DNA of 64,000 nucleotides, taken from NCBI GenBank assembly GCA_951406725.2, contig OX597814.1, positions 116,064,001 through 116,128,000 on the forward strand, given 5' to 3'. This stretch comes from Octopus vulgaris (lineage: Eukaryota). Under the pieces are notes generated by a model, which worked only from the letters and a program-made list of their open reading frames with translations, was not told the DNA's origin and did no database searches. Below are positions 1 to 11,962 of this stretch, piece by piece. Numbering within the stretch: position 1 is the stretch's first letter; every line of letters begins with the position of its first letter. The position numbers and the translations under genes are program-made.

Positions 1-256
1 GTTTCCCGGTTTCTGTGGCCTATGTGTTACCCCCAGCTAGACGGGACGCCAGTCCATCGCAGCGTTACCCAAGAAATAGGAAGAAAGAGGGAGAGAAAGT
101 TGGGGCGAAAGAGTACAACAGGGGTCACCACTACCCCTGCCGGAGCCTTGTAGAGCTTTAGGTGTTTTCGCTCAATAAGCACACACAACGCCCTGTCTGG
201 GAATCGAAACCGCGATCCTCCAACTGCGAGTCCGTTCGCTGCCCTAACCACTGGGC
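1..256 (-). mobile_element. tRNA(Arg)-derived SINE, family A (resembles octopus OR-type SINEs); tail runs off the window edge
   Basis: Minus strand reads CCCAGTGGTTAGGGCAGCG..GACTCGCAG..GGTTTCGATTCCCAGAC (A box, TCG anticodon loop, B box). Near-identical to the copy at 42279-42591. Confidence 0.85.
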
Positions 257-756
257 TTCCAATTGCAGATTATAGTTTCAAATTTTAGCTAGTGGGGATG
301 TTAATCGATGACACCGTTCTCAGTATTTTGATTGGATACCAATATTTTGTCGAGCACAAAAAGATGGAAGGTAAAAGCGACCTCACTGGAGTGTGAAATC
401 AGAACAAACAACTGGGAGAAATGGTGCTAAGCATTTTGTCCGAAGGCGCTGACATTCTGCTGACTTACCGCCATTCAAATTGCATACATTGACTATCACG
501 TGATGAACGTTAGAGACGAGACGATTGGGAAATAACTATAATCAAATGAAAAAAAAGGTATAGGAGGAGCGATGCATACCCTGTGTGCAGGTACATTTTC
601 ACGTAAATTATAGTGTGGCTTACAACGCGTTGCTTACCCATGCTTTTTAATTGAAATAAATTAATTATTTCTTTTTTCTGTATCCCCATAAGTATTTCTA
701 CTCAGTGAAATCAAGAAATTAACTTGTAAATAAAAGAAATCCTCGAATCCATTACT

Positions 757-798
<42 letters not shown>

Positions 799-1020
799 GC
801 TCACACATGCACACAGAGAGTTGCATATCTATATATGTATGTATATGTGTGCTCACGCATGTCTACGCACATAGGTTCACCACGATCTATACACACGAAG
901 ACGAGGGTCGATTCATATGAAGAAAAAGTGAACAAAATAATATGACCACTTGCTTATCGGGAAATTTGTAAGTTCGATTTTAAAAAAACAATTTAAGTTA
1001 ATAAAACCAAATAATACAGT

Positions 1021-1248
1021 TCTATATTCAAGAGATGAAGAATTATGTACATTATTTACATTATTTACATTCGACAGATGTTTGTCCTCATCTTGTTTGT
1101 TGTTAACACAACGTTTCGGTTGATACACCATCCAGCCTTCCCCAAGACACCTGATGAAGGCTGGAGAGTATTTCAGCCGAATCGTTGTGTTAACAACAAA
1201 CAAGATGAGGACAAATATCCGTCAAATGTAAATAATGTAAATAATGTA
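1021..1248. mobile_element. Fold-back element with hammerhead motif (Penelope-like pLTR type), family H1
   Basis: ~95-bp inverted arms. Right arm: GACAC-CTGATGA(1151-1157)-aGGCTG..CAGCC-GAAtCGTT-GTGTT. Left arm keeps GAAACGTT but has lost CTGAT. Second copy at 19597-19806. Confidence 0.8.
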
Positions 1249-1479
1249 TCGAACCAAATGTTCATCATATGAAGCCCCAGTGTGTATTTCTGCCAAATAT
1301 AATTGAAAATCTGTTAAGCCGTTTCCAGTAATTTTGAAAAAAGCAGACAAAGACGAATGATTGCAATACCCTGCCTTCGCTTACGTTCGCAGGCTAATAG
1401 GAAGTGTATGTTTAAATCCTAATTACCATTTGTGTTCAGTAATATATCCTTTCTATTATAGACACGCCGCCTGAAATTT

Positions 1480-1650
1480 GTGTGGAAGGGGCTAGTCAAT
1501 ATTCCATTGACCTCAGTATTTAACTGGTACGTCAGCGAACCCGAAAGGATGAGAAGCAAAGTCGACCTCAGCGGAATTTTGAATTCGGAACGATAAGACA
1601 CGAAATGCCGTTAAGCATTTTGTCGAGCGTACTAACGACTCTGACAGTCA
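1480..1650 (-). mobile_element. Degraded SINE family B
   Basis: CCCGAAAGGATGAGAAGCAAAGTCGACCTCAGCGGAATTTTGAATTC matches the family B core in reverse. Confidence 0.65.
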
Positions 1651-1664
1651 GCGAGCAAAGTCGA

Positions 1665-2112
1665 ACAGTTACGCACTGGGGCTCGATGTAACCGACTTAA
1701 TCTCTTTGTCTGTCCTTGTTTGTCTTCTCTGTGTTTAGCCCATTGTGGGTAGTAAAGAAATAGCTATTTCGTCTGTCTTTACGTTCTGAGTTCAAATTCT
1801 GCCTTTCATTTTTTCGGGGTTGATTAAATAAGTACCAGTTACGCACTGGGGTCGATGTAATCGACTTAATCTCTTTGTCCTTGTTTGTCCTCTCTGTGTT
1901 TAACCCCTTGTGGGTAGTAAAGAAATAGGTAGTAAAGAAATAGGTATTTTGTCTGCCGCTACGTTCTGAGTTCAAATTCCGCTGAGATCGACTTTGCCTT
2001 TCTTCCTTTCGGGGTCGATTACATAAGTACCAGTTAAGCACCGGGGTCGATGTAATCGACTTAATCTCTTTGTCTGTCCTTGTTTGTCCTCTCTATGTTT
2101 AACCCCTTGTGG
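1665..2112 (+). mobile_element. SINE family B head-to-tail multimer (~2.5 body+tail units)
   Basis: Repeated ~190-bp unit GTTCTGAGTTCAAATT..CCTTTC..TTCGGGGTCGAT..AAGTACCAGTTACGCACTGGGGTCGATGTAATCGACTTAATCTCTTTGTC..CCCCTTGTGGGTAGTAAAGAAATAG. Confidence 0.8.
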
Positions 2113-2239
2113 AGTTAATAATGGAATAAATATAAACACACGTATAAGTGAAGTCTTTAGTTAAGTAACACCAATACTTTTCGAAATTAGAAAATTTTTT
2201 TTGTAATCGTTTATCTTGGGCCATTTTATGTGCTATTAC

Positions 2240-2445
2240 AGGCAAGATGGCTGAATCCTTAGCAAGTGGGTTAAAATTCTTAGTGGCATTTCTTCCGGCT
2301 CTTCATGTTCTTGATTACAAAATCTGCCGAGGTCAGCTTTGTTTTTCATCCCTTCGGATTCGATAAGATAAAGTACAAAACGAGTACTGGGGTTCTTGCA
2401 ATCGATTTGTCCTTGCTTCTCAACGTAAATTGTTGGCCTTGAATT
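2240..2445 (+). mobile_element. Degraded SINE family B
   Basis: GGCAAGATGGCTGAATCCTTAGC..TTTCATCCCTTCGGATTCGATAAGATAAAGTAC similar to family B. Confidence 0.6.
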
Positions 2446-3289
2446 CTGTAACGGACCGTGTCGCGTTGAGTGGTATTGTTGCGATCTGGGTCACTTAAAC
2501 GCCAGGGAAACCAGGTTACTGCCCTTATGAGTCCTAGAACTAAAGACAAATAAAACTAATAGGACACCAAGCGATTGAAGAGATTATCTCTAAAGTCGCC
2601 TGATACAAAATCTATATATAAATACACACAAACGTTCAAAATATAGCAATATCGATACTGAACACGCTTGTCTTACGAGAAAACCAGTTTTACCAAGAGA
2701 TAAGTAGATTATGATCTTTTATCGATCTTATTGATCTGCGATCAATGAAAAACATAGTGAAATGACCCAGTAATGATTAAGCACAGCAGAATTTGAAATC
2801 GGGATTGACGGAATCATTAGAGCATATCATAAACGTTTTGCAGTACTTGTTCTTGTTCTGTATCATTCGTGGTCAACTTTGCATTTGATCCTTCTTGAGT
2901 CGACAAACTTAATTACCAATCACGGATTAGAATCAATTTAATTGACAAACCCATTTCCCAAAAATGTTTGACTCTTTAACTCTACTACAACCAATTATTA
3001 GTATGGAAATAAATTTAAATATTATATTACTATAAAATCGCTTCATTCCGATTTAAACAGAAATCATGTAAACACATTCTTTATACATTACTGATGAGTG
3101 GAAAATGAGGAGGGAGTCTCTTGCTGGACATTTGACGGACTGTCGGCTGCTCTTCAGGGAAGACATACCTCGCTTTCTTTCCCAATGAGTAACATAGATC
3201 TGTTTCTGATAAAGAACTCATGATTTAGGTTTGTATCAAGGAGAGATAGAAAAATTTGCATAATTCTACTCATGACGGTTCGTCATTAC

Positions 3290-3705
3290 TCTTTACTCTT
3301 TCTTTTACTGGCTTCAGTCATTTGACTGCGGTCATGCTGGAGCACCGCCTTTAGTCGAGCAAATCGCCCCCAGGACTTATTTATTATTTGTAAGCCTAGT
3401 ACTTATTATATCGCTCTCTTTTGCCGAACCGCTAAGTGACAGGAACGTAAACACACCAGCATCGGTTGTCAAGCGATGTTGGGTGGGTGGGTAGGTGGGT
3501 GGGCAAACAGAGACACACAAACACACACACACATATATATACACATACGTATATACGACAGGTTTCTTTCAGTTTCGTCTACCAAATCCACTCACAAGGC
3601 TTTGGTCGGTCCGAGGCTATAGTAGGAGACACTTGCCCAAGTTGTCACGCAGTGGGATTGAACCCGGAACCATGTAGTTGGTAAGCAAGCTACTTACCAC
3701 ATAGC
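3290..3705 (-). mobile_element. tRNA-derived SINE family C (CORE-like segment, internal microsatellite)
   Basis: Reverse complement of ..GTGGTAAGTAGCTTGCTTACCAAC..GGTTCCGGGTTCA..AACTTGGGCAAGTGTC..(TA/TG)n..GCTCCAGCATG..TGACTGAA..AGTAAAAGA. Many copies in the window. Confidence 0.85.
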
Positions 3706-3934
3706 AAAAATCAGAAGAAATGAAATAATTTTAAATAATATAAAGCTTCACAGAAGTTGCACCCAGCTTCCTTACTTCATCAATAGCAACAAACCGTAAA
3801 ACAGTCTATCATGGGGTTTCTTCCCTGTTCTTTTCCCGCATCGATAGTACAGAAAGGATCTCGTTATATTCTTATTTCATCCACAGTAAGGTGTTGTAAT
3901 ATTTAAACTTATTTTAATTCTTCTGATTTATTTC

Positions 3935-4327
3935 TTTATTGCCCACAGGGAGCTAAACATAGAGGGGACAAAAAAGGACAGACAAAGGGATTAAATCGAC
4001 TACATAGACCCCAGTGCATAGACCCCGAAAGGATGAAAGGCAAAGTCGACCTCGGCGGAATTTGAACTCAGAACGTAGCGGTAGACAAAATACCTATTTC
4101 TTTACTACCCAAAAGGGGCTAAACACAAAGAGGACAAAGAAGGACAGACAAACGGATTAAGTCGATTTTATCGACCCCAGTGCGTAACTGGTACTTATTT
4201 AATCGACCCCGAAAGGATGAAAGGCAAAGTCCATCTCGGCGGAATTTGAACTCAGAACGTAACGGCAGACGAAATACCGCTTGGCATTTCGCCCGGTGTG
4301 CTAACGATTCTGCCAGCTCGCCGCCTT
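3935..4327 (-). mobile_element. SINE family B dimer
   Basis: Head GGCGGCGAGCTGGCAGAATCGTTAGCAC ends near 4326, followed by two body/tail units joined at AAATACCTATTTCTTTACTACCC (~4088-4110). Confidence 0.85.
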
Positions 4328-4559
4328 GTTGTGTATAAATATTGCTAAATAAATGACGAGTTGCCAAAGCAAAATTATGAAAATTTGGCAATAATTCTCA
4401 CTGCTAACGTAGTCTATAACTGTTTTATAAGCAGCAGATGTATGCTACAGATTGAAAAAGAACGCTAGTAGTCTCGTCTGAGGGACGGTCAACAAGCCAT
4501 GAAATACTCTTTTAGGAGACTGCGTCCTTCCTTTTTTCTCACACCAATAATATATATAT

Positions 4560-4774
4560 TTCTTTACTGCCCACAAGGGGCTAAACATAGAGGGGACAAA
4601 CAAGGACAGACAAAGGGATTATGTCGATTACATCGACCCCAGTGTGAAACTGGTACTTTATTTATCGACCCCGAATGGATGAAAGGCAAAGTCGACCTCG
4701 GCGGAATTTGAACTCAGAACGTAACGGCAGGCATTTCGCCCGGCGCGCTAACGTTTCTGCCAGCTCGCCGCCTT
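4560..4774 (-). mobile_element. SINE family B monomer
   Basis: Head GGCGGCGAGCTGGCAGAAACGTTAGC, core GCCTTTCATCCATTCGGGGTCGATAAATAAAGTACCAG, and tail. Confidence 0.85.
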
Positions 4775-4820
4775 CACATTCATCCCATGTTGAAGATTTG
4801 TAATATTTAAATTTATTTTA

Positions 4821-5026
4821 AGGCCGAAGATGGCAGACTTGTTAGTTCGCCAGCGAAATGCTTAGTGGCGTTTTGTCCATCTTAGCGTTCTGATTTCAAA
4901 TTCTGCCGAAGTCGACTTTGCTTTTCATCCCGTCGATAAATTAAGTTCTAGTTAACAACAAGGTCGATATAATCGACTTACTCTTTTCTCCGAAAATGCT
5001 GGCCTTGTGCCAAAATTTGAAACCAG
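4821..5026 (+). mobile_element. SINE family B (older copy) with 17-bp TSD
   Basis: Flanked by TATTTAAATTTATTTTA at 4804-4820 and 5027-5043. Confidence 0.8.
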
Positions 5027-5775
5027 TATTTAAATTTATTTTAGTTATGATTTTACATTGTTTTATGTGTAAATTGATATTCTGATGGTTTTCGTCATCA
5101 TCATTTTCGTCATCATCAACATTTACTCCTGAACAGTCAACTGAATTTAATTTCGGTGTTTCTAGAAATTCTAGTAAAAATGCTTGATTGGTGATTGAGA
5201 ATGAAAATTTCTTTAATTTAAATTTATACAAACAGAACATTCTGAATAAACTGAAATTTATTTCTCATCAATATAAAAGAGGTATTTAGGCACTTTAGAC
5301 ATTTTGTATTCCTCTTTGAAGACTTCTAAACAATGACACCACCACAACAAAATGATACGTTCTCATAGGACACAGAACAAAAGGAGACACTCTAAAAACA
5401 GAAGACATTTTCAACGAAGTACATGAAAAATACTGTCCCTTTGTCACAACAAGAAGAACGAAGAAATATTGATATCATGAAATGACCAAGTAATCCACTT
5501 TATTAGTGATGAGGGCGTCATATACACATTAGCTATATCGGTGTCTTCTTTTTCCAGTCTCGTTAGTAAGAGTGAAAAGTTGAATGTGTGTGACTTAACA
5601 CGGAGAAGCTCAGTATGGTAGAGGTGTGTAAACAAGGGTGTTACTGTTCTTCTTGACCACGTTGTAAGGAGAGCAAGAAAGAAATAAAGGAGTATATATT
5701 TGTACCGTTGGGACACAGAGGATTTCTTTCTATCATCGATGCAACGATTACATGCAGCGCGCTGGTCGAAGTATG

Positions 5776-6072
5776 TTCCTTCTCGAGCCATGCCTGGCTC
5801 ATAAGGGCTGGTTTCCAGGTTTCCTTGGCGTATAGGTTCCCCACCTGGACGGGACGCCGGTCCGTCGCAGGTGAGCTGCAAGATCCAGGAGGAAAGAGTG
5901 AGAGAAAGTCGTGGCGAAAGAGTCCGCAGAAGTTCGCCATTACCTTCTGCCGGAGCCGCGTGGATCTTAGGTGTTTCGCTCATAAACACACACATCACCC
6001 GTTCTGAGATTTGAACCCGCGATCCCTCGATTGCGAGTCCGCTGCTCTAACCACTAGGCCGTGTGCCTCCAC
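5776..6072 (-). mobile_element. SINE family A, full length, 12-bp TSD
   Basis: TSD GGTCGAAGTATG at 5764-5775 and 6073-6084. tRNA-Arg-like head GTGGAGGCACACGGCCTAGTGGTTAGAGCAGCGGACTCGC. Confidence 0.9.
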
Positions 6073-6130
6073 GGTCGAAGTATGGAAGAGTATTAATTCA
6101 ACTGGCTGAGGTAAATGAACTTATGGTCTA

Positions 6131-6203
6131 TATCTGGAGCATGTAACATATCTGGGGCATGCAATATATCTGGAGCATGCAACATATCTGGGGCATGCAA
6201 CAA
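6131..6203. repeat. 18-bp minisatellite (ATATCTGGRGCATGCAAC) x4
   Basis: Four tandem units visible directly. Confidence 0.85.
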
Positions 6204-7204
6204 TTTGCATGCAGCATGCAAACAAGCGGAAAAGGTTCGATACACACCTACATGTAATATTGTATCATGGTGCATGAGAAGATGAATTATGAATGCCAAG
6301 GTCAAGGGTGTTAGTAACGACCTTGACTCTTGGTTTGTCGCTAAGGTGACCGGCATCTTGTGAGTGCTGATGTAATGAACTATGACATGTAGTTGGGTGA
6401 AGCCTTGATGGACACACAACTTATTATCCCGAAGGCTTTACGTTCACTTCAAAATTATTCCTTGCCGTGGATCCAGAAGGAAGTAGTAGTAACCAGGAGA
6501 CATGATTTGTTTTTGACTCGTCCTACCTCAGTAGATGAAAAACAAAGAGAAACTTCTTATCTTTACTTTTCTGAGTTTGAATTTTTCTACTTGTAAAGCA
6601 GTGACAACAGGAATTAGCATGAAAGGAAGTAACAAGAAAATATCAAAAGGATTTTCCAATACGAAAACAAAAGAAAAAAAAGAAAAGATGAGATTCAAAA
6701 TAAGACAAACTTAAAATGATGACATTGAAAAAGAAAAAAAATACAGATATACATGCAAGTACAATAGTAAAACTCGAAAACACCCTATCGCACGACACAA
6801 ATGAGAACACGAGTAACAGAAAACTTTTTAACAAGTAATTCTAACAACAGTTCTTTTGCTAGCGTTACACTCCAAAGGGAGGTTTAAGCATGGGTCAAAT
6901 TTAAATAAAAAAAAGTTGTTGTAGCAGTTTGGTACAAAGAATTGCGTATCCTTGTTTGAGGAATTTATACCATCATTTAAAAAGACAATAACGTATCCCT
7001 GTTAAAGGGAAACAAATGGGGCCCTATGGAGTTAAACGATGCTAAAGAAGATTCAAGTTCTTCGTATAATTCTTATACATCATGATCACAATTTCTATCT
7101 TACATGGTCTTCATAAACCTTTCCAACTATCTATTTAAATCTCTCTCTATCACAGTCACTATCTAAATTACGATATTGTTTCTCCTTATTTTCTTCAGGT
7201 ATAT

Positions 7205-7285
7205 TGGCAGGTGGGGAACCTATATGCCAAGGAAACCTGGAAACCGGCCCTATGAACCAGGCGGGGCTCGAGAAGGAACAAACAA
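7205..7285 (+). mobile_element. 3' fragment of SINE family A
   Basis: GCAGGTGGGGAACCTATATGCCAAGGAAACCTGGAAACC matches the reverse complement of ~5776-5850. Confidence 0.7.
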
Positions 7286-8225
7286 AAACAACATATTTAT
7301 ATATACATGCATAAATATATACACACAAAATATATCTATATATACGCAAATGTAGGGCTACACAGATATAAATATTAGATATATATGTACATAAATTCCC
7401 ATATACAGTCATATATGTGAAAAAATACACTAAAAAACCCCTATCAAAACTAGCATTGTAGTGAAGTTGTCAATTTACATCACAAATATACATTTTTTCT
7501 ATGATTATTTGTTGCCGATACTTGAAGAAGATAAAGAGAAACAATATCGTAATTTAGACAGTGGCTGTGATAGATGGAGAGATAGATGGATAAAGAGATA
7601 GAAGGATAGATAGATAGACAGCCAGACAGATAAACAGCCAGATAGATAGTTAGTTAGATTTAGTTAGCTAAATAGATAAATAGATAGAGGGTAAGATTTA
7701 TAAAGAGCATGTAAGATAGAAGCCGTGAATTTGATGTAGAGAATTATATGAAGAACTTGAATCTTACTAGGTTTCTTTGGTTCAAATGGCTGCTTCACAA
7801 TTCTGACTGTGTGTGTAGTGTGTGTACACACGCATATTTAGAATGCATGGATAGAGTCACGATCAGATATATCTGTTAATCAACTCTAACCCTGTGCCTA
7901 TTAATCGGATAGTCGTTATGTTTGTTACAACAAACTGGCGCGATCTGTCATTTTGGTGAAAGCTACTTCCTGTCATTCCTCTGGAAGAAGATCCCCAGTC
8001 GAAATGCCCCAACTCACCCTTCCCAATGGTACAAGGACAAATATTAGTTTATGTATTTTATTTACATGAATTGCACTGTTACAAAAATTGCCGAGATACT
8101 TGAAGTTTGTATCACAGTTCAAGCACAATTGTAAGAAAAAAAAATACAAAACAAAGAAAGACTAAACAAAACTCACACATAAAGCGCACACGCGCGCAAG
8201 CATTTGCAACACAGACGCATTCACA

Positions 8226-8272
<47 letters not shown>

Positions 8273-8433
8273 GTTTATATATATTAAATGGAGCACCGTT
8301 TATGAATTTAAAATTGTAACCGAAGTTACAATCATTTATGCTTAATAAAAACTTTTAGTTTAGCAGTTCTGGGGAAAATGAGCACGGACAGAAGATAAAC
8401 TGATTTTACTTCAAATTTTTATAAATTATTACA

Positions 8434-8476
8434 GGTATTTGATAAGGTGAGATTCATCATCGAAACCGGTAATATT
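8434..8476 (+). ncRNA. Minimal type I hammerhead ribozyme motif, U3-A8 core variant
   Basis: GGTAT-TTGATAA-GGTGA gattca TCATC-GAAA-CCGG-TA-ATATT. Stem I, stem II, palindromic ACCGGT stem III and a GUA site are all present. Sits in a ~330-bp microsatellite-flanked insert (~8283-8615). Confidence 0.55.
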
Positions 8477-8613
8477 TTCTTTATATAAATTTTTAAATAA
8501 TTAAAAAACAAAATTTCTTCTTAAATTGAAATGTCTTAGATTTACTTCTGTGCTATTTCCACCACCATCTTTTATATATAAAAATTGGATTTGTATAGAT
8601 CTCTAAATTTTTC

Positions 8614-8701
<88 letters not shown>

Positions 8702-8750
8702 ACACATGTATGCATGTATATGAATATACGTATAGAGGTGCATGTGTATG

Positions 8751-8782
<32 letters not shown>

Positions 8783-8859
8783 TAAGGGTAGAAATTGATA
8801 TTTATCAATTAAGACCAGTGGTCTAGCATATTAAAAAAGAATCCGAAGATTAAAATATT

Positions 8860-9027
8860 TATATATACCAATTAAGGACTGAACACGAAAAGTGGACAGT
8901 CAACATGCTAGATATAGACGTCAAATCGTCATTCACCACAAAAGATTATAATCTTTTGTGGTGAATGACGATTTGACGTCTATATCTAGCATGTTGACTG
9001 TCCACTTTTCGTGTTCAGTCCTTAATT

Positions 9028-9037
<10 letters not shown>
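8860..9037. repeat. Perfect 178-bp palindrome with no loop
   Basis: 89-bp arms centred at 8948/8949 (..CCACAAAAGATTA|TAATCTTTTGTGG..), bounded by (TA)n. Confidence 0.9.
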
Positions 9038-9088
<51 letters not shown>

Positions 9089-9171
9089 GTGTATATACAC
9101 ATATACATGCATATATATATATATTCGTTTTGCAGGATTCTTGATGTGAATTCGTGTGTTGAAACAGATAT

Positions 9172-9592
9172 TTTTGTATTTGAAGACGGTCATGTTGCCA
9201 GTTTAGCCAATAAAAACACACGCACTATATATTTGGTTTTCACTTGCTCCAGCTTTATTTTATGTTAATCATATTTCGGACAAAGTTCTTTCGTCACACT
9301 TCTGTGACCTCATCAGTGGTCCTTTACTTTCTTCTTTCTTTTTTTGTGTGTCTCTCTTTACTAATGAACTGTCATCAGGAATACAAACTGGCAGACCACT
9401 AGTAAGGAGAGACATACAAAAAAGAAAGAAAGTAAAGTACCACTGATGAGGTCACAGAAGTGTGACAAAGTGTGACAAAAGTGTGGCCGAAATACAATTA
9501 ATATAAAATAAAGCTGAAGCAAGTGAACACCAAATATATAGTGCGTATGTTTTTATTGACTAAACTGGCAACATGACCGTCCCCAAATACAA
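9172..9592. mobile_element. Fold-back element with a hammerhead core on both arms, family H2
   Basis: ~190-bp diverged inverted arms. Minus strand: CTGATGA(9316-9310)-gGTCACA-GAAG-TGTGAC-GAAA. Plus strand: CTGATGA(9443-9449)-GGTCAC..GTGGCC-GAAA(9489-9492). (TA)n-flanked. Confidence 0.75.
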
Positions 9593-10429
9593 CAATATAT
9601 ATATATATATATATACATATCGTTGCTATTATGTTGAACTATCGTATGTCAAAATTTGGCCAAATGCGTTTTCTTTTCATTATATATTTTTGTTTGTATT
9701 AGCCAGTTCTTTTGGTCAGACTATCGTAACTCCAGCTGCTTCAGATGCCAAGATATCAAAAAACGGTTTTGCTATGGAATAGTGGAACTGGTGGAACTAT
9801 TTTTTCGTTTTTTGAAAAAAAAAGCAGCCTTTTGGACTGATGGCACTTTTGTATAATACCAACGATGTAAATATCTATGTATATCTATATATATACATAC
9901 ATACATACACACACACACACACGCACGCACACACACATACACACACATATATATACATGCATGCATATATGTATATATGTATATGTATATGTATATATTC
10001 ATATTCAATGCATACATATATACCTATAACATATACACACAGTCTCACAAACATACATACACACACACACACACACACACCCACTAAAAAAATATATATG
10101 TTGCACTTTTGCAGTTCCCGTCTACTGAATTGTTATGACAAAGTATTAGACAAGATAAGGCTATGGTAGAAGACATACGTCCTAATTGCTTCGAAGCGGA
10201 ACCGAACCACGAACCATAGAGATGCTAGTCCGATCCCACTGCGCCTTAGTCATACAGACGTGCCTGAGCATTTCGTTTGAAATAAGACAACCATTACAGA
10301 AATAAATAAATATATAAAAGCAACTTAAAATCACATTTTCCTTTCAGGAAAGTTTACACTTGGAAGCCAAGATGTAACATTAGGAAATATTGCACTAAAT
10401 ATGTATTGCACTTTCTTTTTCATGAGTGA

Positions 10430-10617
10430 TATTATGTATACACACACACACACATTCATATGCATATGTATGCGTGCGAATGTGCATATATATATATAGG
10501 TGTATACAAGCAGATATATGCACACATACATACACATATATATATATTTGCATGTATATAGACACATATAAATATGCATATGGATACGTACCTACGTATC
10601 TTTATATGTATATATAC

Positions 10618-10665
<48 letters not shown>

Positions 10666-10748
10666 ATATGTATGTATACATGTATACATGTATATATTTT
10701 ATGTATACATGTATATATGCACATAAGTACATGTATACATATGTATAT

Positions 10749-10817
<69 letters not shown>

Positions 10818-10860
10818 GACACACAATCATACATGCACACATACGTATATATATACGAGA
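10430..10860. repeat. Compound (TA)n/(CA)n/(TATG)n microsatellite
   Basis: Direct inspection. Confidence 0.9.
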
Positions 10861-11319
10861 CGTACTTCCACGTTTATACCTACGTCACCTTATCCATTCA
10901 TTCAGTGTCTATATAGCATCGACTTCACGTTTATACATGACTTCGTCAATACACAATCATGCAATGATTACACAAGCACACAACTCAAGTAGACTCCAAC
11001 ATCCAACACCTACATATATATATATACAAGATATATGAAGCGTCAACAGTGGTGAATGTTGAATCTTTTCATATAGACTGACATGGAACCTGATAGAGGT
11101 TATAAATAAACCAAATACGAATGACAGACAGCATGCACGTCATTTCAATGTGTATTTATAAGTTACATTTCTCATTTCTCCTTGTGAACAAATGTAATGG
11201 CGACTGAATATAGAGAAATAAACAGCTCTGCTATCAGACAGCCAGATTGACAAAACTCACATTTACATACACACTCAGACACATATAGATACGCTCCTTG
11301 CATACGCATGCTCACGTCT

Positions 11320-11595
11320 ACTTACATACATAGATACATACATAGATACATACATACATACATACATACATACAAACATACATACATTCATACATATATA
11401 TATATATATATGTGTTACATGTATATATAAACGTATGTATTGATACATATGTAGATATACGTATACATATACATACATGCATACGTATATATATGTGTGT
11501 GTGTGTGTGTTTGTGTGTGTGTCTGTAAATTTGCATAAATGTACTTGTTTTATGCTTGTTTATATAAGTATGTTTATGTACGCGCATCTTATGGC

Positions 11596-11641
<46 letters not shown>

Positions 11642-11716
11642 ATATATATGTGTATGTATATATATATGTATGTGTATATATATGCATATATATTTGTATA
11701 TATATGTATACATATG

Positions 11717-11750
<34 letters not shown>

Positions 11751-11930
11751 CTTACATGTATATATATTTATATATATATACATATATATAGACTTACATG
11801 TATATATATTTATATATATATATACATATATATATATGTATATATATACATACATACATATATATGTATGTATATATATATATATAATATATGAATACAC
11901 TCGTTCATATAATAATATATACGCATATAG
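11320..11930. repeat. Compound TA-rich microsatellite just 3' of the gene
   Basis: Direct inspection. Confidence 0.9.
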
Positions 11931-11962
11931 ATAAATATTAGCAAGTGCGGCGCTTATTTTGT

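Noticed and set aside
1665-2112. Regularly spaced repeats resembling a CRISPR array
   Set aside because: The intervening sequence is also repeated (SINE multimer), the context is eukaryotic, and no cas genes are present.
5444-6007. 184-aa and 99-aa ORFs
   Set aside because: They run through a TSD-flanked SINE A copy.
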